This document shows, in pieces, positions 55,540 through 64,000 of a DNA stretch of 64,000 bases. The first letter of the stretch is position 1, and every line of letters begins with the position of its first letter. The stretch lies in NCBI GenBank assembly GCA_018650085.1, contig JABIGQ010000038.1, positions 4,388 through 68,387 on the forward strand. Reading direction: 5' to 3'. Origin of the DNA: Candidatus Magasanikiibacteriota bacterium (GTDB taxonomy: Bacteria > Patescibacteriota > Patescibacteriia > Magasanikbacterales > UBA922). The notes beneath the pieces were generated by a model, which was given only the letters and a program-made list of their open reading frames with translations, was not told the origin of the DNA and did no database searches. The translations under genes and the position numbers were made by a program.

Positions 55540-56928
55540 ATGCCACGTAAAAAAGTGACAACTAAAAAAAGTGCGCCTAAAAAACGTACAACAAAGAAAA
55601 CAGCAGTGAAAAAAACTGCTGTAAAAAAACGCAGTGTTAGCGCTAAAAAACCTAGTACAAAAAAAGTAAAAGGTACAGCGAAAAAAATAACTAAAACAAC
55701 TGCAAAGAAAAAAGTAGCCGTTAAAAAAAAGACAAAGACAATTAAAAAAACAACACCAAAACAAAAAGAACTGAAAACAAAGAAAAAGAAGAAACAAGTA
55801 TTTGCTTCACTAAAAGAACCATTTGATTACCCTACAAAAGAACAAATTAATAAACTTCTCCAAAAAGGGCGTGGTCGTGGATTTCTTACAGAATCAGAAA
55901 TATTTTATACATTTACAAGATTAGAAGAATATACACATTATTACGATGGATTTCTTGATCTGCTTGATGCAAATAGTGTAGGAGTTGTGGAACAAAAAGC
56001 CACAGGATTACTAGGAGCGCAAGTAGAAAGAAAAGAAATTCTTACTTTTGTCCAAGGAGAACAACCAGATGTAAGCAGTGGTTCATTTGATCTTGCAAAG
56101 ATTTCTCAAGATTCTATTCAAATGTATTTGCGTGAAATTGGGAAAATTCCATTATTAAAAGCAGAAGAAGAAGTCACATTGGCAAAAGCAAAAGAACGTG
56201 GTGACAAGTTATCTGAACAGAAAATGGTAGAAGCAAATTTACGTTTAGTTGTATCTATTGCAAAGAAATTTGTAGGAAAACAATTGACCTTACTTGATTT
56301 AATTCAAGAAGGGAATATTGGATTGTTCCGTGCTGTGAGAAAGTTTGATTATAGAAAAGGATATAAATTTTCAACCTATGCTACATGGTGGATTCGTCAA
56401 GCAATTACTCGTGCGCTAGCAGATCAATCTAGAACTATCCGTATTCCGGTGCACATGGTAGAGACGATCAATAGATTTAAACAAATTCAAAGACGACTTT
56501 TACAAGATCTTGGGCGTGATCCTACTCCAGAGGAATTGGCAGCAGAAATGGGAGAAGAATTACCAAAGGTTAAGCAAATTATAAAAATTTCTCAAGAAAC
56601 TATTTCACTGGAAACATCTGTAGGTGATGATGACGATGATGATTCACCATTGTCTGATTTTATTGAAGATGTAAAAAATGTAAGTCCATCTCAGGTAGCG
56701 GGTGTAGAGTTATTGAGAGAATATATCAATGAAGCGATTACACAATTATCTGAACGTGAACAAAAGATTTTAGAAATGCGTTTTGGGCTTTGTGATGGAG
56801 TGACGCATACGTTAGAAGAAGTTGGACGTGAGTTTGATGTTACTCGTGAACGTATTCGTCAGATTGAAGCAAAAGCGTTGGAAAAGATAAAAAAATTCCA
56901 AGTGATTACAAAGTTACGAGATTATTAA
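55540..56928 (+). CDS. rpoD: RNA polymerase sigma-70 factor RpoD with a Lys-rich (histone H1-like) N-terminal extension.
   Basis: Region 2 '[40 protein letters not shown]'. Region 3. Region 4 '[24 protein letters not shown]'. The N-terminal ~90 aa is KKxA/KKT repeats. First ATG at 55540; the track begins at a TTG at 55522. Macromolecular-synthesis operon order dnaG-rpoD. Confidence 0.9.
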   Translation: MPRKKVTTKKSAPKKRTTKKTAVKKTAVKKRSVSAKKPSTKKVKGTAKKITKTTAKKKVAVKKKTKTIKKTTPKQKELKTKKKKKQVFASLKEPFDYPTKEQINKLLQKGRGRGFLTESEIFYTFTRLEEYTHYYDGFLDLLDANSVGVVEQKATGLLGAQVERKEILTFVQGEQPDVSSGSFDLAKISQDSIQMYLREIGKIPLLKAEEEVTLAKAKERGDKLSEQKMVEANLRLVVSIAKKFVGKQLTLLDLIQEGNIGLFRAVRKFDYRKGYKFSTYATWWIRQAITRALADQSRTIRIPVHMVETINRFKQIQRRLLQDLGRDPTPEELAAEMGEELPKVKQIIKISQETISLETSVGDDDDDDSPLSDFIEDVKNVSPSQVAGVELLREYINEAITQLSEREQKILEMRFGLCDGVTHTLEEVGREFDVTRERIRQIEAKALEKIKKFQVITKLRDY

Positions 56929-56947
56929 AGAACAATATATCTTAAAA

Positions 56948-56978
56948 GAATCCAAGTGAATAACTTGGGTTCTTTTTA
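56948..56978 (+). terminator. Rho-independent terminator after rpoD.
   Basis: AATCCAAGT-GAATA-ACTTGGGTT followed by CTTTTT. Confidence 0.5.
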
Positions 56979-56982
56979 ATTT

Positions 56983-57085
56983 TGTTCGTACAATATATCT
57001 ATTTTTTCTCTGCATGATTGCTTCTTAAAACGTTTCTGTTTCGTGACTAAACATATCCGTTCAAAAATAAATATATTGTACTCTC
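56983..57085 (+). repeat. Copy 3 of the ~100-bp TIR-flanked repeat family.
   Basis: TTCGTACAATATATCTATTTTTTCTCTGCATGATTGCTTCTTAAAACG...CTAAACATATCCGTTCAAAAATAAATATATTGTACTC. Ends 68 bp before the pilM ATG. Confidence 0.75.
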
Positions 57086-57152
57086 ATGTATTATTTAAAA
57101 AATTATGAGAGACTTACATTTTTTATAGATTATATGGTATAATATAATTACT

Positions 57153-58262
57153 ATGGCATTATTTCAAAAAACTGAAGGAAGTGTGGGAGTAGACATTGGT
57201 GCGCATGGCATCAAATTAGTTGAACTTCACAAGGCAAAAGGCCGCCCACAACTCTGGACTTACGCAATGGTAAAAGAATCTATTCCTATTCATCAGGTGT
57301 CTGTTTTTGATAACCAAACTCCTATAGAAATAGGAGCCAGAAGTAAAGATCTAGAGCCTCCTAAATTTGATGTGATGGCACAGGTAGATCATTATGCGTC
57401 ATTGCTTTCTCTGGCAGTAAAACAAGCAAAAGTAACCACACGTAGAGTGACTGCTAGTTTGCCAGTATCTCAAGTATTTCATACATTGATTACTTTACCA
57501 ATGGTGCCTGAAAAAGAAATAGAGTATCATGTGCGTGCAAAGGTAGCAAAAATGCTTCCACAACCTATAGAAGAAATGCAAGTAGTACAACAAGTGGTAA
57601 ATAATGAAACAATGAAGCAAGATAATTATCTACGCATTTTAGTCACTGCTGCCCCAAAGAAATTAATTACATTTTATACGCGTATTTTTCAGAAAGCAGG
57701 ATTGCAGTTAGAAGAATTAGAAACAGAGGCATTTGCATTGGAACGTTCACTTATAGGAAATGATAAAGCAACTGTCATGCTAGTAGATATTGGAGTTGAA
57801 AGAACAAATCTATTTATTGTAGATGGTGGTGTTCCTATTACTCATAGAAGTATTCATATAGGTGGAAAGCAATTTGACCGTGTGGTGCAAGAATATTTAG
57901 GGGTAGAAGATGTATATGTAGAGCAAATAAAAAAAGACATGTCATCATATAATAAAGTTATTGTACCGGAATTATTTGAAAGTGTTATGGCTCCTATATT
58001 AAAAGAAATAGAATATAGCATGGATATGTTTTTACACCAGACAGGAAATGAAAAAAAACGTGTAGAAAAGATTATGTTAACTGGTGGTGGTTGTCTTGCA
58101 AATCCGGTAAGTTATATGATAAAGCAAGCATTTTCATTAAATGTATTTGTAGGAGATCCTTGGGCACGAGTTGTCTACCAACAGGGGCTTAAGAAAATAC
58201 TTGATAGTATAGGGCCGAGAATGTCAGTGAGTATTGGTTTAGCCATGCGCCATATTGGATAA
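57153..58262 (+). CDS. pilM: Type IV pilus assembly protein PilM (actin-like ATPase fold).
   Basis: N-terminal 'VGVDIGAHGIKLVELHK' and C-terminal 'IMLTGGGCLANPVSYMIKQAF' match the PilM/FtsA-like fold. Lies in a pilin/pilD cluster. Confidence 0.65.
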   Translation: MALFQKTEGSVGVDIGAHGIKLVELHKAKGRPQLWTYAMVKESIPIHQVSVFDNQTPIEIGARSKDLEPPKFDVMAQVDHYASLLSLAVKQAKVTTRRVTASLPVSQVFHTLITLPMVPEKEIEYHVRAKVAKMLPQPIEEMQVVQQVVNNETMKQDNYLRILVTAAPKKLITFYTRIFQKAGLQLEELETEAFALERSLIGNDKATVMLVDIGVERTNLFIVDGGVPITHRSIHIGGKQFDRVVQEYLGVEDVYVEQIKKDMSSYNKVIVPELFESVMAPILKEIEYSMDMFLHQTGNEKKRVEKIMLTGGGCLANPVSYMIKQAFSLNVFVGDPWARVVYQQGLKKILDSIGPRMSVSIGLAMRHIG

Positions 58263-58336
58263 GTATATTTGTCTTTTATATATAAAATAGTGTATAATAG
58301 ATTTATAATAAAGTAATTTGTTTAATTTTTTAACCT

Positions 58337-58720
58337 ATGTCAGAAAAACAGATTCTCGTTCTATTGGTAGAAGATGATACATTCCTCGCCAATATTTATA
58401 AAACAAAATTTGAAATGGAAGGGTTTAAAGTTATTGTTGCAGAAAATGGTGAGTTAGGATTGAAAGAAGCAAAAAAGAAAAAACCTAATATTATATTACT
58501 TGATATCTTATTACCAAAGATGGATGGATTTACTGTTTTAGAGCATTTGAAAGAAGAAGATGATTTAAAAGAGATTCCTGTAATATTACTAACAAACTTA
58601 GGACAAAAAGACGATGTAGAAAAAGGATTAGCGCTTGGCGCAATAGATTATTTAATCAAGGCACATTTTAAACCATCTGAAACAGTAGGAAAAGTAAAGA
58701 AAGCACTGGACATGTCCTAA
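58337..58720 (+). CDS. Single-domain response regulator (CheY-like receiver).
   Basis: 'ILVLLVEDD', phospho-acceptor 'ILLDILLPKMDG', 'LLTNLG', 'YLIKA'. 127 aa. Confidence 0.8.
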   Translation: MSEKQILVLLVEDDTFLANIYKTKFEMEGFKVIVAENGELGLKEAKKKKPNIILLDILLPKMDGFTVLEHLKEEDDLKEIPVILLTNLGQKDDVEKGLALGAIDYLIKAHFKPSETVGKVKKALDMS

Positions 58721-58781
58721 TCAACTATAGCATTAATATACTTATGTATAAAAAACATAGCGGAGAGGGGGTGAGACACGT

Positions 58782-59225
58782 ATGAATAAAAAAGGTTTTA
58801 CTTTAATCGAGTTGCTTGTTGTAATTGCCATTATTGGTTTATTATCAACACTTGCAGTTGTGGCATTGGGATCTGCCCGTGAAAAGGCACGAGATTCAAA
58901 ACGATTATCAGATTTGAAACAAATGCAAACAGCGCTTGAACTATATTACACAGATGTAGGATCATACCCAACAGCTGCGGCTGGTGTGGTACTTGGTGTA
59001 GAAGCAAATGATACTGTTTGTTTAGATCAAGATGGTGATTTTGAAGATAGAGCAGCTTGTGCGGCTGATGCATATATGGCATTGGTACCTGCTGATCCAG
59101 GATCTACTAGTTACACATATACATCTGCTGCTGGAGCTACATATGCAGTTGTGGCTACATTAGAAGGTACTATGAGTAGTTTAGGCCCAGGTAACGTAAC
59201 TCTCAGCCCGTCAGGAATCCAATAA
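58782..59225 (+). CDS. Type IV pilin / pseudopilin (prepilin-type N-terminal cleavage/methylation domain).
   Basis: '[29 protein letters not shown]' is a class III signal with Gly at -1 and Glu at +5. RBS GGAGAGGGGG. Confidence 0.85.
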   Translation: MNKKGFTLIELLVVIAIIGLLSTLAVVALGSAREKARDSKRLSDLKQMQTALELYYTDVGSYPTAAAGVVLGVEANDTVCLDQDGDFEDRAACAADAYMALVPADPGSTSYTYTSAAGATYAVVATLEGTMSSLGPGNVTLSPSGIQ

Positions 59226-59245
59226 TATCTTGTCGTGGTTATAGA

Positions 59246-59274
59246 AACACTCACTTTTGTGAGTGTTTTTTTTT
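59246..59274 (+). terminator. Rho-independent terminator after the pilin gene.
   Basis: AACACTCAC-TTTT-GTGAGTGTT followed by T9. Confidence 0.65.
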
Positions 59275-59343
59275 ATGAATGTGTTATAATAGTAGAGGTG
59301 TTTAATCTGGGATATAGTTTTGTGAATTTTTGAAAAATAGATA

Positions 59344-59452
59344 TTCGTACAATATATTTATTTTTTCACTGCATGATTGCTTCTTGAAACGTTCCTTTTA
59401 CGGAACTAAACATATCCGTTCAAAAACAAATATATTGTACTCATCGTAATAA
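59344..59452 (+). repeat. Copy 4 of the ~100-bp TIR-flanked repeat family.
   Basis: TTCGTACAATATATTTATTTTTTCACTGCATGATTGCTTCTTGAAACGTTCCTTTTACGGAACTAAACATATCCGTTCAAAAACAAATATATTGTACTC. Ends 12 bp before the pilD ATG. Confidence 0.75.
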
Positions 59453-59463
59453 TTTGAAAGAAT

Positions 59464-60237
59464 TTGTTTAATATTAATATTTATATGATACATATCCTCA
59501 TATTGTTTATTATTGGTGTATTGCTAGGTAGTTTTCTCAATGCATGGATCTGGAGGACAAGAGAAAAAAAGTCTATTGTGCGTGGTAGGTCTATTTGTCC
59601 TTTATGTGGAGCAAGTATTATGTGGTTTGATAATATTCCTGTGATAAGTTTTTTGATTCTCGCTGGAAAATGTAGGGCGTGTAAAAAACCAATTGCTTTA
59701 CGCTATCCTATAGTAGAATTATTTGTAGGAATTGTATTTGCATATACTTATTGGAAACATGGGATGATATCGTTGGAGCTTATCCGTGATCTTTTTATTA
59801 TATTTTTTCTTACCTTTGTTTTTGTTTATGATTTATTCTATAAAGAAATTTGGGATCGTGCCAGTACTATTCCTGCAATTATCCTTGCATTGTTTACGTT
59901 AATATATGGATGGATGGCGTGGCAATCTATGCTTATTGGGGCTTTGGTTGGAGCTGGATTTTTTTTATTACAATTTGTCATTTCAAAAGGAAAATGGATT
60001 GGAGGAGGGGATATTCGATTGGGATTATTTATGGGAGTTATTTTAGGATGGCCACATATTTTAGTAGCACTTATGATTGCATATGTTGTAGGTGCTGTGA
60101 TAAGTATAATACTTATGGCATTAAAAAAGAAAACATTGGCGAGTGAAACTCCATTTGGTACGTATCTAGCATTTGCTACCGTTCTGACTATGTTTTGGGG
60201 AGAGCAAATTATGAGTTGGTATATTGGGTTGTTATAA
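59464..60237 (+). CDS. pilD: Prepilin peptidase (A24 family).
   Basis: Zn-binding 'CPLCGASIMW...CRAC'. 8-TM aspartic peptidase core ('GGGDIRLGLFMG'). Confidence 0.85.
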   Translation: MFNINIYMIHILILFIIGVLLGSFLNAWIWRTREKKSIVRGRSICPLCGASIMWFDNIPVISFLILAGKCRACKKPIALRYPIVELFVGIVFAYTYWKHGMISLELIRDLFIIFFLTFVFVYDLFYKEIWDRASTIPAIILALFTLIYGWMAWQSMLIGALVGAGFFLLQFVISKGKWIGGGDIRLGLFMGVILGWPHILVALMIAYVVGAVISIILMALKKKTLASETPFGTYLAFATVLTMFWGEQIMSWYIGLL

Positions 60238-60243
60238 TAGTAT

Positions 60244-62274
60244 ATGAATAATATAAAAGAAAAAATACAAAATTTAAGAAAACAAATAGATGAACTCAGG
60301 TACAAATACCATGTACTTAACGATCCAGAAGTAACGGATGCTATGTATCAGGGACTTATGGATGAGCTTATCAAACTGGAAGAAGAGTATCCAGAATATA
60401 AAACAGCAGATTCTCCTACACAAAGAGTAGCAGGGGCTGTTTTAGATTCATTTGAAAAAGTTCCGCATAGTGTACAACAATGGTCTTTTGGGGATGCATT
60501 TAATGAAGAAGATTTGAAAAATTGGGAAGAGAGAAATATTCGTATTTTAGAAAAAGAATTAGGTCATGTTCCTGAAGATTTAGATTATACGGTTGAGTTA
60601 AAAATTGATGGGCTTCATGCAGTGTTAACTTATAAAAAAGGGTTATTAGAAGTAGCGGCAACTCGTGGAGATGGAAAAGTCGGAGAAAATATAACAGAGC
60701 ATATAAAAATGATGCCAACGGTTCCTATCCGCCTTTCCGAAGATGTAGATATAATCGTAGAGGGAGAAATCTGGATGAATGAAGAAATCATGAAAGAACT
60801 AAATAAAAAGCGCGCTAAAGAAGAAAAACCTCTTTTTGCAAATCCAAGAAACGCTGCAGCAGGAACTGTTCGTCAATTGGATTCAAACATGGTAAAAGAA
60901 AGAAAGCTTGCTTGTACGGTTTATGATATTTCTAAGTATGATGAATCTCAAGATTCGAATGTGGATATTACTTCACAAGCAGTAGAATTAAAAAGTCTTG
61001 AAAATTTAGGTTTTCTTACGGATCATCATTGGAAAGTGTGTAAAAATGTTTCTGAGATCATTGCGTTTTATGATACATGGACAGGGAAGCAACGAAGCTT
61101 GGATTTTTGGATTGATGGGCTGGTAGTAAAGGTAAATAAAAAGAAGTATCAAGATATATTGGGGTATACAGGAAAATCTCCACGTTGGGGGATTGCCATG
61201 AAATTTCCAGCAGAGCAGGGGACAACACGCATTAAAGATATTTATGTGCAAGTAGGGCGTACAGGTGCGCTAACTCCTGTAGCACATATGGATCCTGTAG
61301 CACTTGCGGGAACCACGGTTACTCATGCGACATTACATAATTTTGAAGAGATTTCACGTTTGGATGTGCGAGTAGGAGATGTGGTTGTGGTAGAAAAGGC
61401 AGGAGACATTATCCCAAAAGTAGTTCGAGTGCTCACAAAAATGCGTACAGGAGAAGAAAAGAAAATTGAAGCTCCAGAGATTTGTCCAATTTGTCATGCA
61501 GAAGTATCTCAAAGAGAAATTCAAGGTAAAAAAGAAAAATCAGTCGCATACTTTTGTACAAATAAAAAATGTTTTTCTAAAGAGTTGAAAAATATTATTC
61601 ATTTTGTTTCTAAAAAAGCTTTTAATATAGATGGATTTGGGAAAAGAATTGTAGAACAGTTTCTCGAGTTGGGACTTATAAAAAACATAGCAGATATATT
61701 TACCTTATCAGAAGGAGATATTTCAGTTCTTGAAGGATTTGGAGAAAAATCTGCTATAAAACTTATTTCAGCAATAAAAAAAGCAAGACAAGTTGCTTTT
61801 GATAAATTTTTATTTTCACTTGGGATTCATCATGTAGGAGAAGAAAGTGCAGTGCTTCTTGCAAATACTTTTGAAAATATAGAAGCCTTGCAGATTGCTA
61901 GTCAAGAAGAAATTGAAGAAATAAATGAACTAGGGCCAAAGATGGCAGAATCACTTTTTCAATATTTTCGAGATGAAGAAAATGTAGAACTTCTAAAAGA
62001 ATTGTTTGAAAATGGAGTAGAAATTGTTTATGAAAAGAAAAAAGAAAAAGGGGAGCTTCCTTTTGAAGGAAAAACTTTTGTCATCACAGGAACGCTTGAA
62101 GGAATGAGTAGAGATGAAGTAAAAGAAAAAATCAGAACTTATGGCGGAAGCATTTCTTCTTCTGTGAGTAAAAAGACAGATTATTTACTTGCAGGAGAGA
62201 GTGCTGGGAGTAAATTGGAGAAGGCGAAGAAGCTTGGGGTTGCGGTTGTGGGGTTGGAAATTTTTGGTGTATAA
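60244..62274 (+). CDS. ligA: NAD+-dependent DNA ligase.
   Basis: Adenylation 'KIDGLHAVLTY' (KxDG). 'VVKVN'. Zn finger 'CPICHAEV...CTNKKC'. HhH and C-terminal BRCT ('GKTFVITGTLEGMSRDE'). Confidence 0.9.
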   Translation: MNNIKEKIQNLRKQIDELRYKYHVLNDPEVTDAMYQGLMDELIKLEEEYPEYKTADSPTQRVAGAVLDSFEKVPHSVQQWSFGDAFNEEDLKNWEERNIRILEKELGHVPEDLDYTVELKIDGLHAVLTYKKGLLEVAATRGDGKVGENITEHIKMMPTVPIRLSEDVDIIVEGEIWMNEEIMKELNKKRAKEEKPLFANPRNAAAGTVRQLDSNMVKERKLACTVYDISKYDESQDSNVDITSQAVELKSLENLGFLTDHHWKVCKNVSEIIAFYDTWTGKQRSLDFWIDGLVVKVNKKKYQDILGYTGKSPRWGIAMKFPAEQGTTRIKDIYVQVGRTGALTPVAHMDPVALAGTTVTHATLHNFEEISRLDVRVGDVVVVEKAGDIIPKVVRVLTKMRTGEEKKIEAPEICPICHAEVSQREIQGKKEKSVAYFCTNKKCFSKELKNIIHFVSKKAFNIDGFGKRIVEQFLELGLIKNIADIFTLSEGDISVLEGFGEKSAIKLISAIKKARQVAFDKFLFSLGIHHVGEESAVLLANTFENIEALQIASQEEIEEINELGPKMAESLFQYFRDEENVELLKELFENGVEIVYEKKKEKGELPFEGKTFVITGTLEGMSRDEVKEKIRTYGGSISSSVSKKTDYLLAGESAGSKLEKAKKLGVAVVGLEIFGV

Positions 62275-62327
62275 TAAAAATATTGGAGTATGTTTAATCA
62301 TGTATATCTATTTATAAATTATTTTTT

Positions 62328-64000
62328 ATGGATTTAAAAAGAAAACAAGATATTCGTAGTTTTTCTATTGAACATGGTCAAGAACGGAGAAATAAAGTTG
62401 CTGGAGAGATACGAGAGCAAAGAAAAAAAAATTTTGATAGGAAACAGCAGCTTCATGATGCGATTGAAGAATTATTAGAAAAAATAAAAGAAAAAGAATT
62501 AGATGTAGAACAGGTTGTGGAAGAAATTAGTGGGTTTCAGGAATATATTTTAAATATGGAAAGTTTTCTTATTCAAAAATTTCTTAAGTATTTTGAAATA
62601 AAGCATATTCAAGAGACTCTTCAAGAGAAAGAGGAACAAAAAAGTGAGTTGGTAGAATCCTATACCCAAATGAAAATGTTATTAGATGAATTGCAGATGC
62701 AGAGAGAAAATAGGAGTGAACTTGAGGAAGCAAAAAATATATTAGATAAATTTTATCATGAAGAGAATGAGCGTTGGGGAGAGTATAAAGAAGAAGAAAA
62801 AGCAAGGAGTGTAGAAGAAATTATCCGAGAATATGATAATTTTTTTGTCCATGGAATTAATCCAAAATATGTTCCATTACTTAATTCTATGTTAAATAGA
62901 GGAGTGGAATGGCAAAAAAAATTAAGAATTCTTTTAAGTTTAGAGCCATCATTATCCACATCTACGATAGAAAGTGGGGATGATTATACAAATATATGGT
63001 CTCGTATGGGTGTTGTTTTAAATGGAGGGCGTGTTGCAGGAGCACACCCGTTAGATGCTGGGACACAGGCAACTTCGTTAAATAATAGAATTGGGATTAC
63101 AGGGAATAGTGCAGATATTGAAAAAGATATCAAACGAGCTATTTCTGAAAAAAATAGATATAATGAATTCGTATTAGAGCAACCACAAGTAGCAGGTTTT
63201 TATGTTTGTATAGAAGATATAGGTGGTGAACAAAAGGATCTAGTCGATTTTTCTGAAATTTATTTAGAAACACAAGAGCTTGATATGCCTTTATTTGTAT
63301 TAGAACATGGTGAAATGTATGAGGCTATATATGATGAACAAAGCAATAGGCTTACCCCGGGGAAAAAAGTTTCTCCACAAGAAATGCTTACTACTCAATA
63401 TGATTTATCTGAAGATAGAAGAAATGAATTAGTAGATGAAATTCTCACAGATTCTCCATTTAAGATTAAATCTCCTGAACTACAGTATATTGATAGTCGT
63501 TCGACAGGTCAGCAAACATATTTAGAACTTTTACAACCAAAAGATGGTAATGAAGTTGTATATGAACAAGATAAAAGAAATGTTGGAACAGCTCGTTTAG
63601 AACAAGGAGATTCTTTAACATTGATATCAAAGGTAGAAGGTCCTTCAGAGGTAGTAAGATATTTTTCCCAAGATGGAAAAATAATAAGAGAACGAGTGTA
63701 TAGAGGGAAGGAGGAGGCTATTATTGACATACTTGATAGGAAAGAATCTTTATCTAGTGTAAAATTAGGTATTTTTTTTATAGAGCCTTTTGAAAGAGGA
63801 TTGAAAACAACGGATGATTATTTACAAGGGATGAGAGAAAAATTAATAGAGCTAAGAAAAGAAATAGAGGAAGAGGATGAAGATGCATTTAGAAAAAAAT
63901 TATTGGGAATGTATGCTTTTCATATTTATGGATTTATGGAAGAAGCCAAAAAACATAGCGATGAAGATGCTGTCCAAAAGGCCTTTGTTCTTGCTAATGA
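62328..64000 (+). CDS. Hypothetical protein, over 557 aa. The 3' end lies beyond the window.
   Basis: Long ATG-initiated frame that I translated by hand to the window edge without meeting a stop. It is absent from the ORF track, presumably because no stop lies inside the window. No motif recognised. Confidence 0.45.
   Translation, partial: MDLKRKQDIRSFSIEHGQERRNKVAGEIREQRKKNFDRKQQLHDAIEELLEKIKEKELDVEQVVEEISGFQEYILNMESFLIQKFLKYFEIKHIQETLQEKEEQKSELVESYTQMKMLLDELQMQRENRSELEEAKNILDKFYHEENERWGEYKEEEKARSVEEIIREYDNFFVHGINPKYVPLLNSMLNRGVEWQKKLRILLSLEPSLSTSTIESGDDYTNIWSRMGVVLNGGRVAGAHPLDAGTQATSLNNRIGITGNSADIEKDIKRAISEKNRYNEFVLEQPQVAGFYVCIEDIGGEQKDLVDFSEIYLETQELDMPLFVLEHGEMYEAIYDEQSNRLTPGKKVSPQEMLTTQYDLSEDRRNELVDEILTDSPFKIKSPELQYIDSRSTGQQTYLELLQPKDGNEVVYEQDKRNVGTARLEQGDSLTLISKVEGPSEVVRYFSQDGKIIRERVYRGKEEAIIDILDRKESLSSVKLGIFFIEPFERGLKTTDDYLQGMREKLIELRKEIEEEDEDAFRKKLLGMYAFHIYGFMEEAKKHSDEDAVQKAFVLAN

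Noticed and set aside
55510-55797. 95-aa - strand ORF rich in F/C, overlapping the rpoD 5' end.
   Set aside because: It is the reverse-complement shadow of the Lys-codon (AAA/AAG) repeat tract, which gives TTT/CTT-rich antisense. It is not a real gene.

Overview
The window is AT-rich (roughly one-third GC by eye), gene-dense, and mostly + strand. Its content resembles a small-genome Patescibacteria/CPR-like bacterium, but that assignment is inference only.

The housekeeping backbone is secD/secF, dnaE, tsaD plus a short tsaB, an isc/nif Fe-S operon (iscR-iscS-nifU-DUF59), a type II glutamine synthetase, clpB, gltX, typA/bipA, a short uvrC, dus, the dnaG-rpoD macromolecular-synthesis pair and ligA. 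A partial type IV pilus cluster is present: pilM, a single-domain response regulator, a pilin and prepilin peptidase pilD. Two tRNAs were found: tRNA-Glu(UUC) on the - strand and tRNA-Thr(GGU) on the + strand.

Accessory or unusual content, in order of interest:
- A ~100-bp repeat with ~13-bp terminal inverted repeats occurs four times, always in the same orientation and always 12-70 bp upstream of a start codon. Two of those genes are pilM and pilD.
- A 3'-5' exonuclease, a PIF1-like helicase, an unknown protein and a DUF2130-like coiled-coil/nuclease protein are co-directional. This could be a DNA-processing or defence module.
- A RAYT/IS200-like HUH transposase gene carries an in-frame 12-bp x7 tandem repeat. 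A GC-rich palindromic hairpin occurs both upstream of it and inside it.
- An island of RhuM, MazG, creatininase and two lipoproteins with a conserved signal peptide flanking a SAM methyltransferase.
- A ~1-kb GC-rich single-gene island directly downstream of tRNA-Thr, bracketed by consensus sigma70 promoters and terminators.
- A 161-bp element with perfect 21-bp terminal inverted repeats after typA.
- A CIRCE-like palindrome and a nested inverted repeat in the clpB upstream region.
- ~60-bp direct repeats (one holding a perfect 28-bp palindrome) that bracket an MFS transporter gene and truncate a methyltransferase.
- Several GC-rich palindromic hairpins in otherwise AT-rich spacers.

No CRISPR array and no rRNA gene was seen. 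All calls come from motif-level reading of the supplied translations and the raw sequence; no searches were run.
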